Shown: positions 1-8,707 of the stretch, in pieces | Layout: every line of letters starts with the position of its first letter | Numbering within the stretch: the first letter of the stretch is position 1 | Assembly (NCBI GenBank): GCA_016795425.1 | Contig: JAEUHG010000174.1 | Coordinates: 68,131-132,130 of the forward strand | Direction of reading: 5' to 3' | Source: Verrucomicrobiales bacterium | GTDB lineage: Bacteria > Verrucomicrobiota > Verrucomicrobiia > Limisphaerales > CAIMTB01 | DNA: 64,000 nucleotides | Program-made: the position numbers and the translations under genes | Notes under the pieces: model-generated | The model's database searches: none | The model's input: only the letters and a program-made list of their open reading frames with translations | What the model was told of the DNA's origin: nothing

Positions 1-2803
1 GATGCAACAGGCAGGCCATGCTGGGGCTGATCGAAATCGGCGTGCTCGTGCTCACGAAGATCGCGTCGAGGTCGTGCAACGTCATGCCTGCCGATCCCAA
101 TACGGCCCGTGCCGCTCGGGTCGCCAAGGTCAACGCCGTCTCGCCAGGGGCCAACAGTCTCCGGGATTCAATGCCGGTTCGTTGGAGAATGTCGTGGGCG
201 GTTCTGCCGGCAAATCGTTGGACCAGTTCCTCGTTGGTCACAATCCGCCCTGCCGGCGCGGTGGCTATGGAACCAAGCCCCACCACTGCCCGCTCTCCCG
301 TCCGGGCCGCCGCAGACGCCCGGATCGCTGGCAATGAGGCCGCCGCGCCGCTCGTTCCCAGGCGCCGACGCAGCAATGGCTTCGCTTCCACCGGAATGCG
401 TCGCGGGAGGACTTGTCCGGCGCCATCCAAGGCGATGCGGGCAATCGGTGTCCCAACCGGCACCTTCTGGTCCACTGCCAACAATTCTCGAATCACACCG
501 CCCACCGGGGCCCGCAACTCGAACGTCGCTTTGTCGGCTTCGCAATCCGCCAGAAGATCCCCGGCCGTCACTTTGCCGCCTTCCGCCACTTTCCATTCCA
601 CCACCGAGACCGTTTGATCCGCTGGACTCGAGCCCACGGCTTCCAGGGTGAAGAGCCCGGAATTCGCTGCCGCCGGCTCTTCCCAAGTAAGGTCCAAGTC
701 ACACAGTTCCGCCGCCGCTCCCAAAACTCGGCGCAGGTCGGGAAACACTTCGAGTTGGTTGATGTAGTTGAACGGTGGATACGTGTCGGGACGGGCCAGA
801 CGCCGGGAAAGAAACGGCACCTCGACGGTCTCCGCCACTCCGGCGAGAACTTCGGCACCGAATCCGCACGTCAGATTGTCCTCGTGAACAACGATGAGGC
901 GCCGGGTCTTCCGCACACTGGCGCACACTGTGTCACGATCCCAGGGACTCAGCGTGCGCAGGTCGAGCAGATCCACCGTCACGCCCGCATTGGCGAGGAT
1001 CTGCGCCGCCCGCATCGCCAGAGGAAGGGTGCTGCCCCACGCCACCAGGGTCAGGTCATCACCCGCCGTCACTCGGCGTGCCAATCCTGGTTGAATCACT
1101 TCATCCAGGCTCGCCAGCGGCGCCGCCAAGGCGGGGTCGTTGAGGCAGACCTTCGGATAGAGAAACACCGTCGGGCGCCCGGGCTTTTGGTTGGCGAAAG
1201 CAGCGTTCAACAAGCCAGCGGCATCGGCCGCCGTTGCCGGCACCACGACATCGATGCCCGGCATGTGGGCGAACACGCTCTCGAAGTTCTGAGCGTGGAA
1301 TGGTCCCAGGCCGGGCCGATAACCTCCGCAGGGCGCCAGAACGATCACCGGCGCCTTATAGCCTCCGGCGCTTCGCCAGTAGATGGTCCCCAATTCGCAA
1401 GCGATCTGATTGAACGCCAGCGGCAGAAAATCCGCGAACTGAATGCAGGCGACCGGCCGCCCGCCCGCCAATCCTCGGCCAACACTGACACCCAGAATCG
1501 TCGATTCCGTCAGGGCGGAGTTCTTGACCTGATCCGGGAAGGCACGGCTTAAGCCTCGTGTTAGTCCGAAAACGTCCCCCTTCGGATCCTCAATGTCTTC
1601 GCCAAAGAGCGACACCCTCGGGTCATCGGCCAGGTGCCGCCGCAACACCTCACGCATCGCCTCCAGCATGGTCAATGCCGCCTCGTTGCCCGCCGCCACT
1701 CGCCCCTTGCCGGAGGGCGGTCGAACCGGGCCCGCCTCCGGTGCCCGTGCATCCAGGTTGGCCACCGGGTTGGGCACCACCAACGACACATCCGCCGCCA
1801 TGCGCACGGCGCGCTCCACCTCGACCTCGAGTTCCGCCAATTGCGATTCCGCCACTCCACCGGCCACTAAACGCCGGCGCAGCCAGGCGATGGGATCCGA
1901 CGCACCACGTACCTGGTGGATTTCTTGTTCGTCGCGATAGACCCGTTCGTCGTCCGCATTGGTATGATGCGTCAGACGTTCCACCTCCATCACCACCAGC
2001 GCCGGGACCCCCGTGCGGGTCTTCGATACGATGGGCCCCAACGCCGCCTCGCATTCCAGAACATCCCGCCCGTTCAGGCGATGGACCGGCAGGCCATAGA
2101 ACTCGGAGGCCTGACCGTCGGGCAGGTTGTAGAACGTCTTGCCGCTGGTGCGCGTGGAAATGCCGTAGCCATTGTCCTCGATCAGAAAGATCACGGGGAG
2201 CCTGGCTCGCACCGCCTCGGCAATCGCCTCAAGAAACTCCCCTTGCTGCGAAGTACTGTCGCCGTTCGAACAGACCACCACCGGCAAACCGTCGTCGTGG
2301 CCGCTCCCGTTGGTCGCGGACCGGCGTCGCGCCCGGGTCACGAGAATCTCCTGGGCCACTCCGACGGACGGCAGGGCATTGTTGCCCACCGGACCCGCCA
2401 TGGTGAGTACGTTGACCTCCGGCGCGCTCAGGTGCGCGCACATCTGCCGCCCCTTGGAGGTCGAGGCATCGTTGCCCAGCAATCCGTGGAAGAACTGCTC
2501 GACGGGAACACCTCGCGCCAGCATCAGGGCCTTGTCCCGATAGTGTGGGTGCAGCCAATCGTCGGCACGCAGGTGGGAGACGAACGCGACGGAAGCCTCG
2601 TGACCGGCACCCCCGACGTGGAAGAACGCCTCGCCGCGATTGACCAGTTCCATCTCCACCCGGTCGACCATGCGGGACATCCACATGAACCGATACAGCG
2701 ACAACGCTTTGACAATGTCGCCGCGGGCCACAGGGACCACCAGGTCCCGAGTCTCAACACGACCGTCGCACTTTACAGATGGCGCGGAATCCACAGGTGA
2801 CAT
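1..2803 (-). CDS. Fusion protein: 2-oxoacid (branched-chain/pyruvate-type) dehydrogenase E1 alpha + E1 beta + lipoyl domain + N-terminal part of a KAS III (FabH-like) domain. The 3' end lies beyond the window.
   Basis: Not in the supplied ORF track because there is no stop inside the window. Manual minus-strand translation from the ATG at 2801-2803 gives one uninterrupted 934-codon frame. E1alpha TPP motif: NGDSTSQQGEFLEAIAEAVRARLPVIFLIEDNGYGIS. E1beta: LFGEDIEDPKGDVFGLTRGL..ACIQFADFLPLAFNQI..RRLIVVHEDNLTCGFGAEV. Lipoyl domain: TVSVVEWKVAEGGKVTAGDLLADCEADKATFELRAPVGGVIREL, with the lipoyl-Lys codon at 530-532. After a ~45-aa linker comes VGLGSIATAPAGRIVTNEELVQRF..DILQRTGIESRRL..TLATRAARAVLGSAGMTLHDLDAIFVSTSTP..SPSMACLLH, typical of a FabH N-terminus. 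Confidence 0.85.
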   Translation of the reverse strand, partial: MSPVDSAPSVKCDGRVETRDLVVPVARGDIVKALSLYRFMWMSRMVDRVEMELVNRGEAFFHVGGAGHEASVAFVSHLRADDWLHPHYRDKALMLARGVPVEQFFHGLLGNDASTSKGRQMCAHLSAPEVNVLTMAGPVGNNALPSVGVAQEILVTRARRRSATNGSGHDDGLPVVVCSNGDSTSQQGEFLEAIAEAVRARLPVIFLIEDNGYGISTRTSGKTFYNLPDGQASEFYGLPVHRLNGRDVLECEAALGPIVSKTRTGVPALVVMEVERLTHHTNADDERVYRDEQEIHQVRGASDPIAWLRRRLVAGGVAESQLAELEVEVERAVRMAADVSLVVPNPVANLDARAPEAGPVRPPSGKGRVAAGNEAALTMLEAMREVLRRHLADDPRVSLFGEDIEDPKGDVFGLTRGLSRAFPDQVKNSALTESTILGVSVGRGLAGGRPVACIQFADFLPLAFNQIACELGTIYWRSAGGYKAPVIVLAPCGGYRPGLGPFHAQNFESVFAHMPGIDVVVPATAADAAGLLNAAFANQKPGRPTVFLYPKVCLNDPALAAPLASLDEVIQPGLARRVTAGDDLTLVAWGSTLPLAMRAAQILANAGVTVDLLDLRTLSPWDRDTVCASVRKTRRLIVVHEDNLTCGFGAEVLAGVAETVEVPFLSRRLARPDTYPPFNYINQLEVFPDLRRVLGAAAELCDLDLTWEEPAAANSGLFTLEAVGSSPADQTVSVVEWKVAEGGKVTAGDLLADCEADKATFELRAPVGGVIRELLAVDQKVPVGTPIARIALDGAGQVLPRRIPVEAKPLLRRRLGTSGAAASLPAIRASAAARTGERAVVGLGSIATAPAGRIVTNEELVQRFAGRTAHDILQRTGIESRRLLAPGETALTLATRAARAVLGSAGMTLHDLDAIFVSTSTPISISPSMACLLH

Positions 2804-2853
2804 GATGCCGGGTTTTGGAATTCGGCGAAAGCCAAACGTGCGGGTTGAAATCC

Positions 2854-4035
2854 TCAGTTTTGGCTGAGCCGCTTTTGAGGTCCGTCAAACAGAAGGGCGT
2901 GCGCCTCACGAAGTATCCCAGGTATGATCTCCCGAAAAGGGCTGCGCTCCAAAACCTTGCTTAACGCCGAACCTTCGATTGTCCCGGCATTCTCGCCGGG
3001 AAACCAATGGTCCGCGGTTCCCAACAGGTTGTAACGCATCTTTCCCCACGCCACGAGATCCAGGCCTTTCGCGTACGTCCAGAGCCGGAGGATTTCCGTC
3101 AGATTCACTTGCCCGGGAACTTCCAGGTACTCCGGCAAACCTTCCCGCCATCGCAGCATCCACTCCCGGCCGACCACGTTCTCCAGAGCCTCGCGCAATC
3201 GAGCCTCGATGGCCGGCAACACCTCGTGCATCCGGTCATAATGCGCCAGCGCCGCCACATGCTCATCGAAATCCGCCGGCCGCGCCGCTCCCAGGCTCAA
3301 CGTGTGCACCTCGGGATGGCTCAAGCAATACAGATCATTGAACTGCATCGGTGTCAGCGGCCGACATAGGTCCACCAACTTCGGCGGCGGCTCGTAGAGT
3401 TTTCCCCCCTTGTCGTTGGGACTGATGATAAACACCCCCATGTCCCGTCGTCGCGCCTCCGGAATCGCCTCCCGATTCAGTTCGTTGACGAAATACCAAT
3501 GCAAATTGACGTAATCGAAGGCGTCGCTCCGCACCGCATCCAATACAACGTCCGTGGTGGCATGGGTGGAAAATCCGACGTGCCGAACTCGACCTTCCGC
3601 CTGCAAACGCCGAGCTGCCTCGACACAGCCTCCCTTTTTCAAGGACCAGTCCAGAAATTGGCGGTTGTTGATGCCGTGCAGGGACAGCAAATCCACATAG
3701 TCCAGCCTCAGGTACCGCATCGATTTCTCGAAAAGGTCGAGAAACTCCTTGGCCGTCGCGGTCGGCGGCACCTTGGTTTGGACAATCAACGACGCGCGTG
3801 GAAACTGGGCCAGCACCGGACCCAGTTGCATCTCACTGGAGCCATAGCCCCGCGCCGTTTCGATGTGGTGGATACCCAACTCCACCGCCCTCCGAATGGT
3901 GGCTTCGAGGTTCGCCTGGCCTTCCTTGGGAACGTCCTCCCACGCAATGTCCTGCCACTTGTGCTGGTAGCGCATCCCGCCGCACGAAAAGACCGGCATC
4001 TGGAGGTTGGTCTTCCCGAATCGGCGATAGCGCAT
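2854..4035 (-). CDS. Aldo/keto reductase family oxidoreductase with a C-terminal extension
   Basis: Track ORF 2854..4170. The conserved AKR N-terminus MRYRRFGKTNLQMPVFSCGGMRY..IETARGYGSSE begins at the internal ATG at 4035. The upstream 45 codons are Arg/Pro-rich and unlike AKR proteins. Confidence 0.85.
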   Translation of the reverse strand: MRYRRFGKTNLQMPVFSCGGMRYQHKWQDIAWEDVPKEGQANLEATIRRAVELGIHHIETARGYGSSEMQLGPVLAQFPRASLIVQTKVPPTATAKEFLDLFEKSMRYLRLDYVDLLSLHGINNRQFLDWSLKKGGCVEAARRLQAEGRVRHVGFSTHATTDVVLDAVRSDAFDYVNLHWYFVNELNREAIPEARRRDMGVFIISPNDKGGKLYEPPPKLVDLCRPLTPMQFNDLYCLSHPEVHTLSLGAARPADFDEHVAALAHYDRMHEVLPAIEARLREALENVVGREWMLRWREGLPEYLEVPGQVNLTEILRLWTYAKGLDLVAWGKMRYNLLGTADHWFPGENAGTIEGSALSKVLERSPFREIIPGILREAHALLFDGPQKRLSQN

Positions 4036-4166
4036 GGGTGGTTTATGCCAGTGAGGGCGTCTCGGATCAAACCCGCGGATGAGAAACCCCGTGGGCATGC
4101 CGCCTGAACGTCGATCCTTCAACCCGTCCTCTCTTGAATGGACCACGGTGGAGATTCGCGGGGCGG

Positions 4167-4206
4167 GCAAAAATCAGGGCCCGGAAGGTGGGACGCCTTC
4201 GGGCCC
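4167..4206 (-). terminator. Rho-independent terminator candidate downstream of the YceI-like gene
   Basis: On the minus strand the sequence reads GGGCCCGAAGGCGTCCCACCTTCCGGGCCC followed by TGATTTTTGC. This is a GC-rich imperfect hairpin (4177-4206) followed by a T-run (plus-strand A-run 4169-4173). Confidence 0.6.
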
Positions 4207-4238
4207 GTCAAGTTCAGGCTTGTCTGATTGCCTGGTAT

Positions 4239-4910
4239 CTATTTCGCAGCTGCCACTTGCTGCTCAAGGTTCCATTCGAAGGTTAGCTTCACATCTTCGC
4301 TGGTCTTGATCGCGCCTAACGCCACTTTGGGCGCCGGCGGCGGAACGTCAAAATCACCCATCTTTACCGCAACCTCGCCTTTGACCTTGATGGTCTTGCC
4401 GTCCGGACGCTCGAACTTCACCGGGAAGGCGACTTCCTTGGTCTTGCCGCGAACCGTCAGATCACCCTTCGAATCGAAGTGCAGCACGCCGTCCTTGGCT
4501 TCCTTGAAGCTCAGTTCCTTGAGCTTGTACTCGATCTTGGGATGGGTCTTGGCGTCCATGCTTTCCTGCATGATCGCGTCCATCGGGGCGCCCCATTGGC
4601 ATTTGAATGTGCGCACCAGGATGTTGACCGTGGCCTGGGCCGTCACCGGACCCGGCTTGAGATCCGACTTCGCCGGGTCGGTCGGAAAGGTTGGATCGAG
4701 CTCGAGACGCCCGCCCACCAGCGTGCTTTCCGACCACCAGTCATGGATGGTCGAGGTGCCTTCAATCCGCATCTTGCTCCCGGGCTTGGCGCGATACTGA
4801 AGCATGTCGGCAGCCGTCGCACTGGCGGCAATTCCGAGGACCACGCAGAGGTTCGCAAGGCGGGCAATGGTGTTCATGGATGGATGTTTCTTTCTCTTAG
4901 CTTCTTGCAC
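4239..4910 (-). CDS. YceI-like (polyisoprenoid-binding) periplasmic protein
   Basis: Signal peptide MNTIARLANLCVVLGIAASATAAD, then a YceI-like pattern (..GDLTVRGKTKEVAFPVKF....MGDFDV....LGAIKTSEDVKLTFEW). The start is either the GTG at 4910, preceded by AGGAG, or the ATG at 4877. Confidence 0.8.
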   Translation of the reverse strand: MQEAKRKKHPSMNTIARLANLCVVLGIAASATAADMLQYRAKPGSKMRIEGTSTIHDWWSESTLVGGRLELDPTFPTDPAKSDLKPGPVTAQATVNILVRTFKCQWGAPMDAIMQESMDAKTHPKIEYKLKELSFKEAKDGVLHFDSKGDLTVRGKTKEVAFPVKFERPDGKTIKVKGEVAVKMGDFDVPPPAPKVALGAIKTSEDVKLTFEWNLEQQVAAAK

Positions 4911-5052
4911 TTCTCCTACTCAATCTTTGACCGGCTGTGTGCCCGGCCGTCCATTCATGAGACCGCCGGAAACTGCACCGTCTTCAAATCAATATTTCGC
5001 CGTGGAACGGGCCGCAGGGTCGGCGGCCGTTTCCTGGACGTCTCGAACCCTG

Positions 5053-6438
5053 TCAGACTTCAAACAAGGACGCCGGAATTTCAATGCGGGCCTTCTTCAT
5101 GACCGCCTCGTTGCCCTTCAGGGCCATCACCGTGGCGTCGAACCCGTCCCGCCACGTCGCCGCCGGTTTGTTATTGATAACGGCCTTCGACAGGGCCTCG
5201 GCCAACGCCGCCTTGTCGTCCGCCCCGAAATTATCCACGAAATCCTTCACCGCCGTGTGAATGATGTCCGTGTTGTAGATGAACGATTCCAGCGCGTAGT
5301 AAAGCGGGGTGCTGGTGTAGGGCGCTTCCTCGACGGGCTTGTCGCCCTGGGCGGCCAATTTGGTCGCATTGGCAACGAGCGCAATACCAGTCTCTTTGTA
5401 GAACGTATCCTTGCGGGCATACACCTCCCAGCCGAGCAGCGGTGCATCCACTTCCTTGAACATCCACGCCTTGTTGCCCCGCAACATGACGGTGGCATCC
5501 GACCCGTAAAGCATCTCGTACTCGCCATCAAAGGAGTTGGCCAGCGTCGCCGCACAGGTTACCTGGGCGCCCTTGGGAAATTCAAAGACGGCCTGCGCGG
5601 TATCCGGAACTTCCCGGCCATCGCTCCATAGAACCGTGCTCCCAAAACCGGTCACCGCCGTCGGCCGACTGTCCAAATACCAGCTGATGTTGTCCAAGGG
5701 GTGCACGGAGATTTCACCAATCAATCCCGGCGAAGTCGCGGCGGCCAGGCGCCAATTCAGCTCTTTCTCCCGGTCCTCATTCGGTGACGTCCGACGCCAA
5801 CTCTGCTTCTTGTGCCACTGAGCCCGGGCGAACGCCGTCTTTCCGGCGGCACCAGCCCGAATGAAATCCAACAGAAACCGGCGCTGTGGATCGGACCGAA
5901 GCGACAATCCCGGCTGAAAATTCAGGGTCGATGCCTCCTTTGCCGCCGCTGCAATCGCCCGCGCATCCTCAATGGTATGAGCCAGTGGCGCCTCGCAATA
6001 CACATGCTTCCCCGCCTTCAACGCCGCCACCACGATGTCCTTATGCTGGTGCGATGGCGTTGCGATGATGACCGCCGTTATGTCCTTGTTCTCCAAAATC
6101 GCCTTATAATCCGTCAGCGCTTCCGCTTTGGGAGCCGGCTCCTTCGCCCGTCGAAGCATGGCCTGGTACGAATCGCAGACCGCCACCACTTCGGCCGACG
6201 GCAGCCGCGCCAGCGTGTTCAGGATTTCGCGGCCCCAAGCCCCGCATCCTATGACCGCCACCTTCAGGGGCACCCCCGACTGTGTCGCGGCGGCCTTCTC
6301 CTGACCCAATACCGACGGCGCCACCAACGGCGTGCCGCCCAGCATCGCAACCAAGGTCGCTGCCGAGGATCCCTTGAGGAAATCTCGACGATTGAAATCA
6401 GTGGATTCGACAGGAGTCCGTGACGGCTCGGCTTTCAT
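5053..6438 (-). CDS. Gfo/Idh/MocA family oxidoreductase with a Tat signal
   Basis: Twin-arginine signal NRRDFLKGSSAATLVAMLGG. Rossmann motif LKVAVIGCGAWGREIL. Conserved Gfo/Idh/MocA core (AVIIATPSHQHKDIVVAALKAGKHVYCEAPLA). Confidence 0.9.
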   Translation of the reverse strand: MKAEPSRTPVESTDFNRRDFLKGSSAATLVAMLGGTPLVAPSVLGQEKAAATQSGVPLKVAVIGCGAWGREILNTLARLPSAEVVAVCDSYQAMLRRAKEPAPKAEALTDYKAILENKDITAVIIATPSHQHKDIVVAALKAGKHVYCEAPLAHTIEDARAIAAAAKEASTLNFQPGLSLRSDPQRRFLLDFIRAGAAGKTAFARAQWHKKQSWRRTSPNEDREKELNWRLAAATSPGLIGEISVHPLDNISWYLDSRPTAVTGFGSTVLWSDGREVPDTAQAVFEFPKGAQVTCAATLANSFDGEYEMLYGSDATVMLRGNKAWMFKEVDAPLLGWEVYARKDTFYKETGIALVANATKLAAQGDKPVEEAPYTSTPLYYALESFIYNTDIIHTAVKDFVDNFGADDKAALAEALSKAVINNKPAATWRDGFDATVMALKGNEAVMKKARIEIPASLFEV

Positions 6439-6556
6439 CGGGAACGATAAGTTTTACTGCGTGAAAATCTGCGGTACCAGCAGATGAAGTCAAGAATCCC
6501 GAGGCCGGAATTCGCGAACCATTGTTCAACACCCCATCCGCCTCCACCCTTTTACG

Positions 6557-8317
6557 TCACCGCATCAGTCCCGGCCAATGGGTCTCGATTCCCTGATCGC
6601 GCAGCCAACCCTGAAACTCCTTCAAGAGTTCCGGCTTCTCCCGAATCGCTCGCGCCGGCGCCTTCTTCCGTTGGGAGAAGGCAATCAAGGCACCCACCGA
6701 CTCGCCGATGTTCCATTCGACCGGATGCAACCGATAGGCGCCGTTGGTGACGTGCGTCGTGCCGATGTTCTTGCAGGCCGGCAGGACGTTCTCAACCCGC
6801 ACCGGCAGCAAGGCTCCAAGAGGGATATGGAAGGGTAAGGCATCGAAGTCGATGTAGTTGTCCCCGGCGGTGCTCGGGTGCAGGTCGATGGCGTAATGCC
6901 CTATCCCAACGCTGTCGACGTAGGCGTCACTGGTGATCTCCGATGCAGGACGCCCCAGTTTTTCAGCCCGCGCCGCCCCTCCACAGTCGCTTTCCACCAC
7001 CGTGTACAACGCGCGGATGCGCCGGCTTTCGCGAATGTAGGGGTACTTTGCCAGTCCATCCTCCGTTCCCAGAATATCCGGCCGCAATCGAAGTCCCGGC
7101 CAACCGTTCCCGCCATCGGCACGTGGGGCCTCGGTTTGGAGCCAGTACAGCAGGGAGAGGCTCAGTTGCTTGGCTTGTTCGATGTGGCGGGCCGCCTCTG
7201 CTTCGGTTACTCCGACCAAATTCCCCAACAAATAATCGTTGTGCGGCCAATTGATCAGGGAAATGTCCCCCCGGTAGGTCCCCTCCCGGAATTGGGTGGC
7301 ATCAATGAGCCGGCGGTAGTGCCAAAGATTGAATCCCGTCGCCGGCACCTTGGGATCGGGTGAAAAACCAGGCGTCCGCCTCTCCAAAGTGCGGGGATGG
7401 GTGTAGTCCCATGCCAGCAGTTTCCCGGGCCAAGGGGGCTGAAGTCTGGGAACGTAGTCTTTCCAAAACCCGTAGTCGCGAGGGCGATCGATGGTGTGAT
7501 TTTCCCCGGCGATGTGCTCGATCGCAAAGCACATCGTGAACGCTTGATGGTTGGTCGGATCCGCCCTCTCTGGGGCGTGCATTTCTCCCGTCGCTGCCCT
7601 TCCCTCGGCTCCCGTCACATGCTCCACCCCAGCCAAGGGCAGCAGATCACCCAGTTCGGTCGCATCGACGAACCAAGCCGCACGCAGCACGTGCAATCGG
7701 CCGGATCGCGCGCCCCGCACCGTCACTGATGCCACTCGATCCCCCTCCACTGCAGCCGCGGTGACGCGATGCTCGCGAAGCACCACTAAGCGACCTCCAC
7801 TCACCCATGGTTGAAGCATTCCCTCGAGAACAGCGACGGCCACTCGCGGCTCATGGCACAGCCGGGATACGGAACCATTCCCGGGATTCAGATTCCACCG
7901 ACCGCGCGCCTCCTCGGTCAGCGGATAATGGCGCCGGTAATAGTCGCGTATCCCTTCTCTCAAACTTCGATAGGAACGGGTGCAACCAAACTGCTCGATC
8001 CATCGATGCTCGTCGGGCGGAACCCCCTGCGCAGTCAACTGGCCTCCCAGCCAATCCGTTTCCTCGGTGAGAACCACCTTCAAGCCGTGCCGGCAGGCGG
8101 CCACCGCGGCAGCCACTCCGCCCAACCCGCCACCCAGGATCACAACGTCCGCCACCGATTCCTGGCCCAACCGTGTCCCATCCCCCTGTGCTGCACGGCC
8201 AGTTTGGCCCCCCAGGGTGGCCGCCAGGCCAGCCCCGAGGGTTTGTCCAAGAAAATGACGGCGGCTCGAGCCGCCACCGCGAGTTCGAGGCAGCGAACGC
8301 ATATTCCGGGCCGCCAT
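6557..8317 (-). CDS. FAD-dependent oxidoreductase with a Tat signal
   Basis: Tat-like SRRHFLGQTLGAGLAATLGG. Dinucleotide-binding motif DVVILGGGLGGVAAAVAACRHGLKVVLTEETDWLGGQLT. Confidence 0.85.
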   Translation of the reverse strand: MAARNMRSLPRTRGGGSSRRHFLGQTLGAGLAATLGGQTGRAAQGDGTRLGQESVADVVILGGGLGGVAAAVAACRHGLKVVLTEETDWLGGQLTAQGVPPDEHRWIEQFGCTRSYRSLREGIRDYYRRHYPLTEEARGRWNLNPGNGSVSRLCHEPRVAVAVLEGMLQPWVSGGRLVVLREHRVTAAAVEGDRVASVTVRGARSGRLHVLRAAWFVDATELGDLLPLAGVEHVTGAEGRAATGEMHAPERADPTNHQAFTMCFAIEHIAGENHTIDRPRDYGFWKDYVPRLQPPWPGKLLAWDYTHPRTLERRTPGFSPDPKVPATGFNLWHYRRLIDATQFREGTYRGDISLINWPHNDYLLGNLVGVTEAEAARHIEQAKQLSLSLLYWLQTEAPRADGGNGWPGLRLRPDILGTEDGLAKYPYIRESRRIRALYTVVESDCGGAARAEKLGRPASEITSDAYVDSVGIGHYAIDLHPSTAGDNYIDFDALPFHIPLGALLPVRVENVLPACKNIGTTHVTNGAYRLHPVEWNIGESVGALIAFSQRKKAPARAIREKPELLKEFQGWLRDQGIETHWPGLMR

Positions 8318-8361
8318 CCTGATGCCGATGGCAGTCGCGGTCCACGTTTGCCTTCAGGATC

Positions 8362-8574
8362 TTAGCAGGCGCGATCCTTGTGTCCGAGCAACCGTGCCGG
8401 GAGCAGGAACAAGGCCCTTAGGAAGGCGAACAGGGCCTCGATGGTCAGCCCCAACAGACGGAACGGCAGCCATAGGAGCCAAAGGATCGGGGCCAGGACA
8501 ATCAGGCCCAGCGCCAGTGGCCAGCACACGGCGAACAACAGAAACCAGCCGATCAGTACCAGGAGAAATCTCAT
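8362..8574 (-). CDS. Small hydrophobic (about 2-TM) hypothetical protein
   Basis: A 70-aa ORF that is almost entirely hydrophobic (MRFLLVLIGWFLLFAVCWPLALGLIVLAPILWLLWLPF...). Third codon positions are GC-rich. It is co-directional with its neighbours. I recognise no family. Confidence 0.4.
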   Translation of the reverse strand: MRFLLVLIGWFLLFAVCWPLALGLIVLAPILWLLWLPFRLLGLTIEALFAFLRALFLLPARLLGHKDRAC

Positions 8575-8707
8575 TTGCGTCCTCGTCGATGAGCGGCCTC
8601 TGGTTATTCGTCCGTCAGCCGCCTATGGACCTCCTGACCCGCGGTTCGGTCGCGGAGTTGCAAGGAGTTTGACTTCATGGCCACTCCCTCCACCGCGCCG
8701 GCACCGC

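Noticed and set aside
413-2800. Long plus-strand ORFs from the track (413..1552, 1558..2406, 1916..2800, plus 18..617 and 109..651)
   Set aside because: Their translations are Arg/Pro/Gly/His-rich and low-complexity, with no recognisable motifs. The opposite strand reads as one continuous, motif-rich E1alpha/E1beta/lipoyl/KAS III frame. These are typical antisense open frames in GC-rich DNA.
5004-5035. An imperfect GC-rich hairpin downstream of the Gfo/Idh/MocA gene considered as a terminator
   Set aside because: The stem has mismatches or a shifted register, and no T-run follows on the minus strand. The evidence is too weak to list as a feature.
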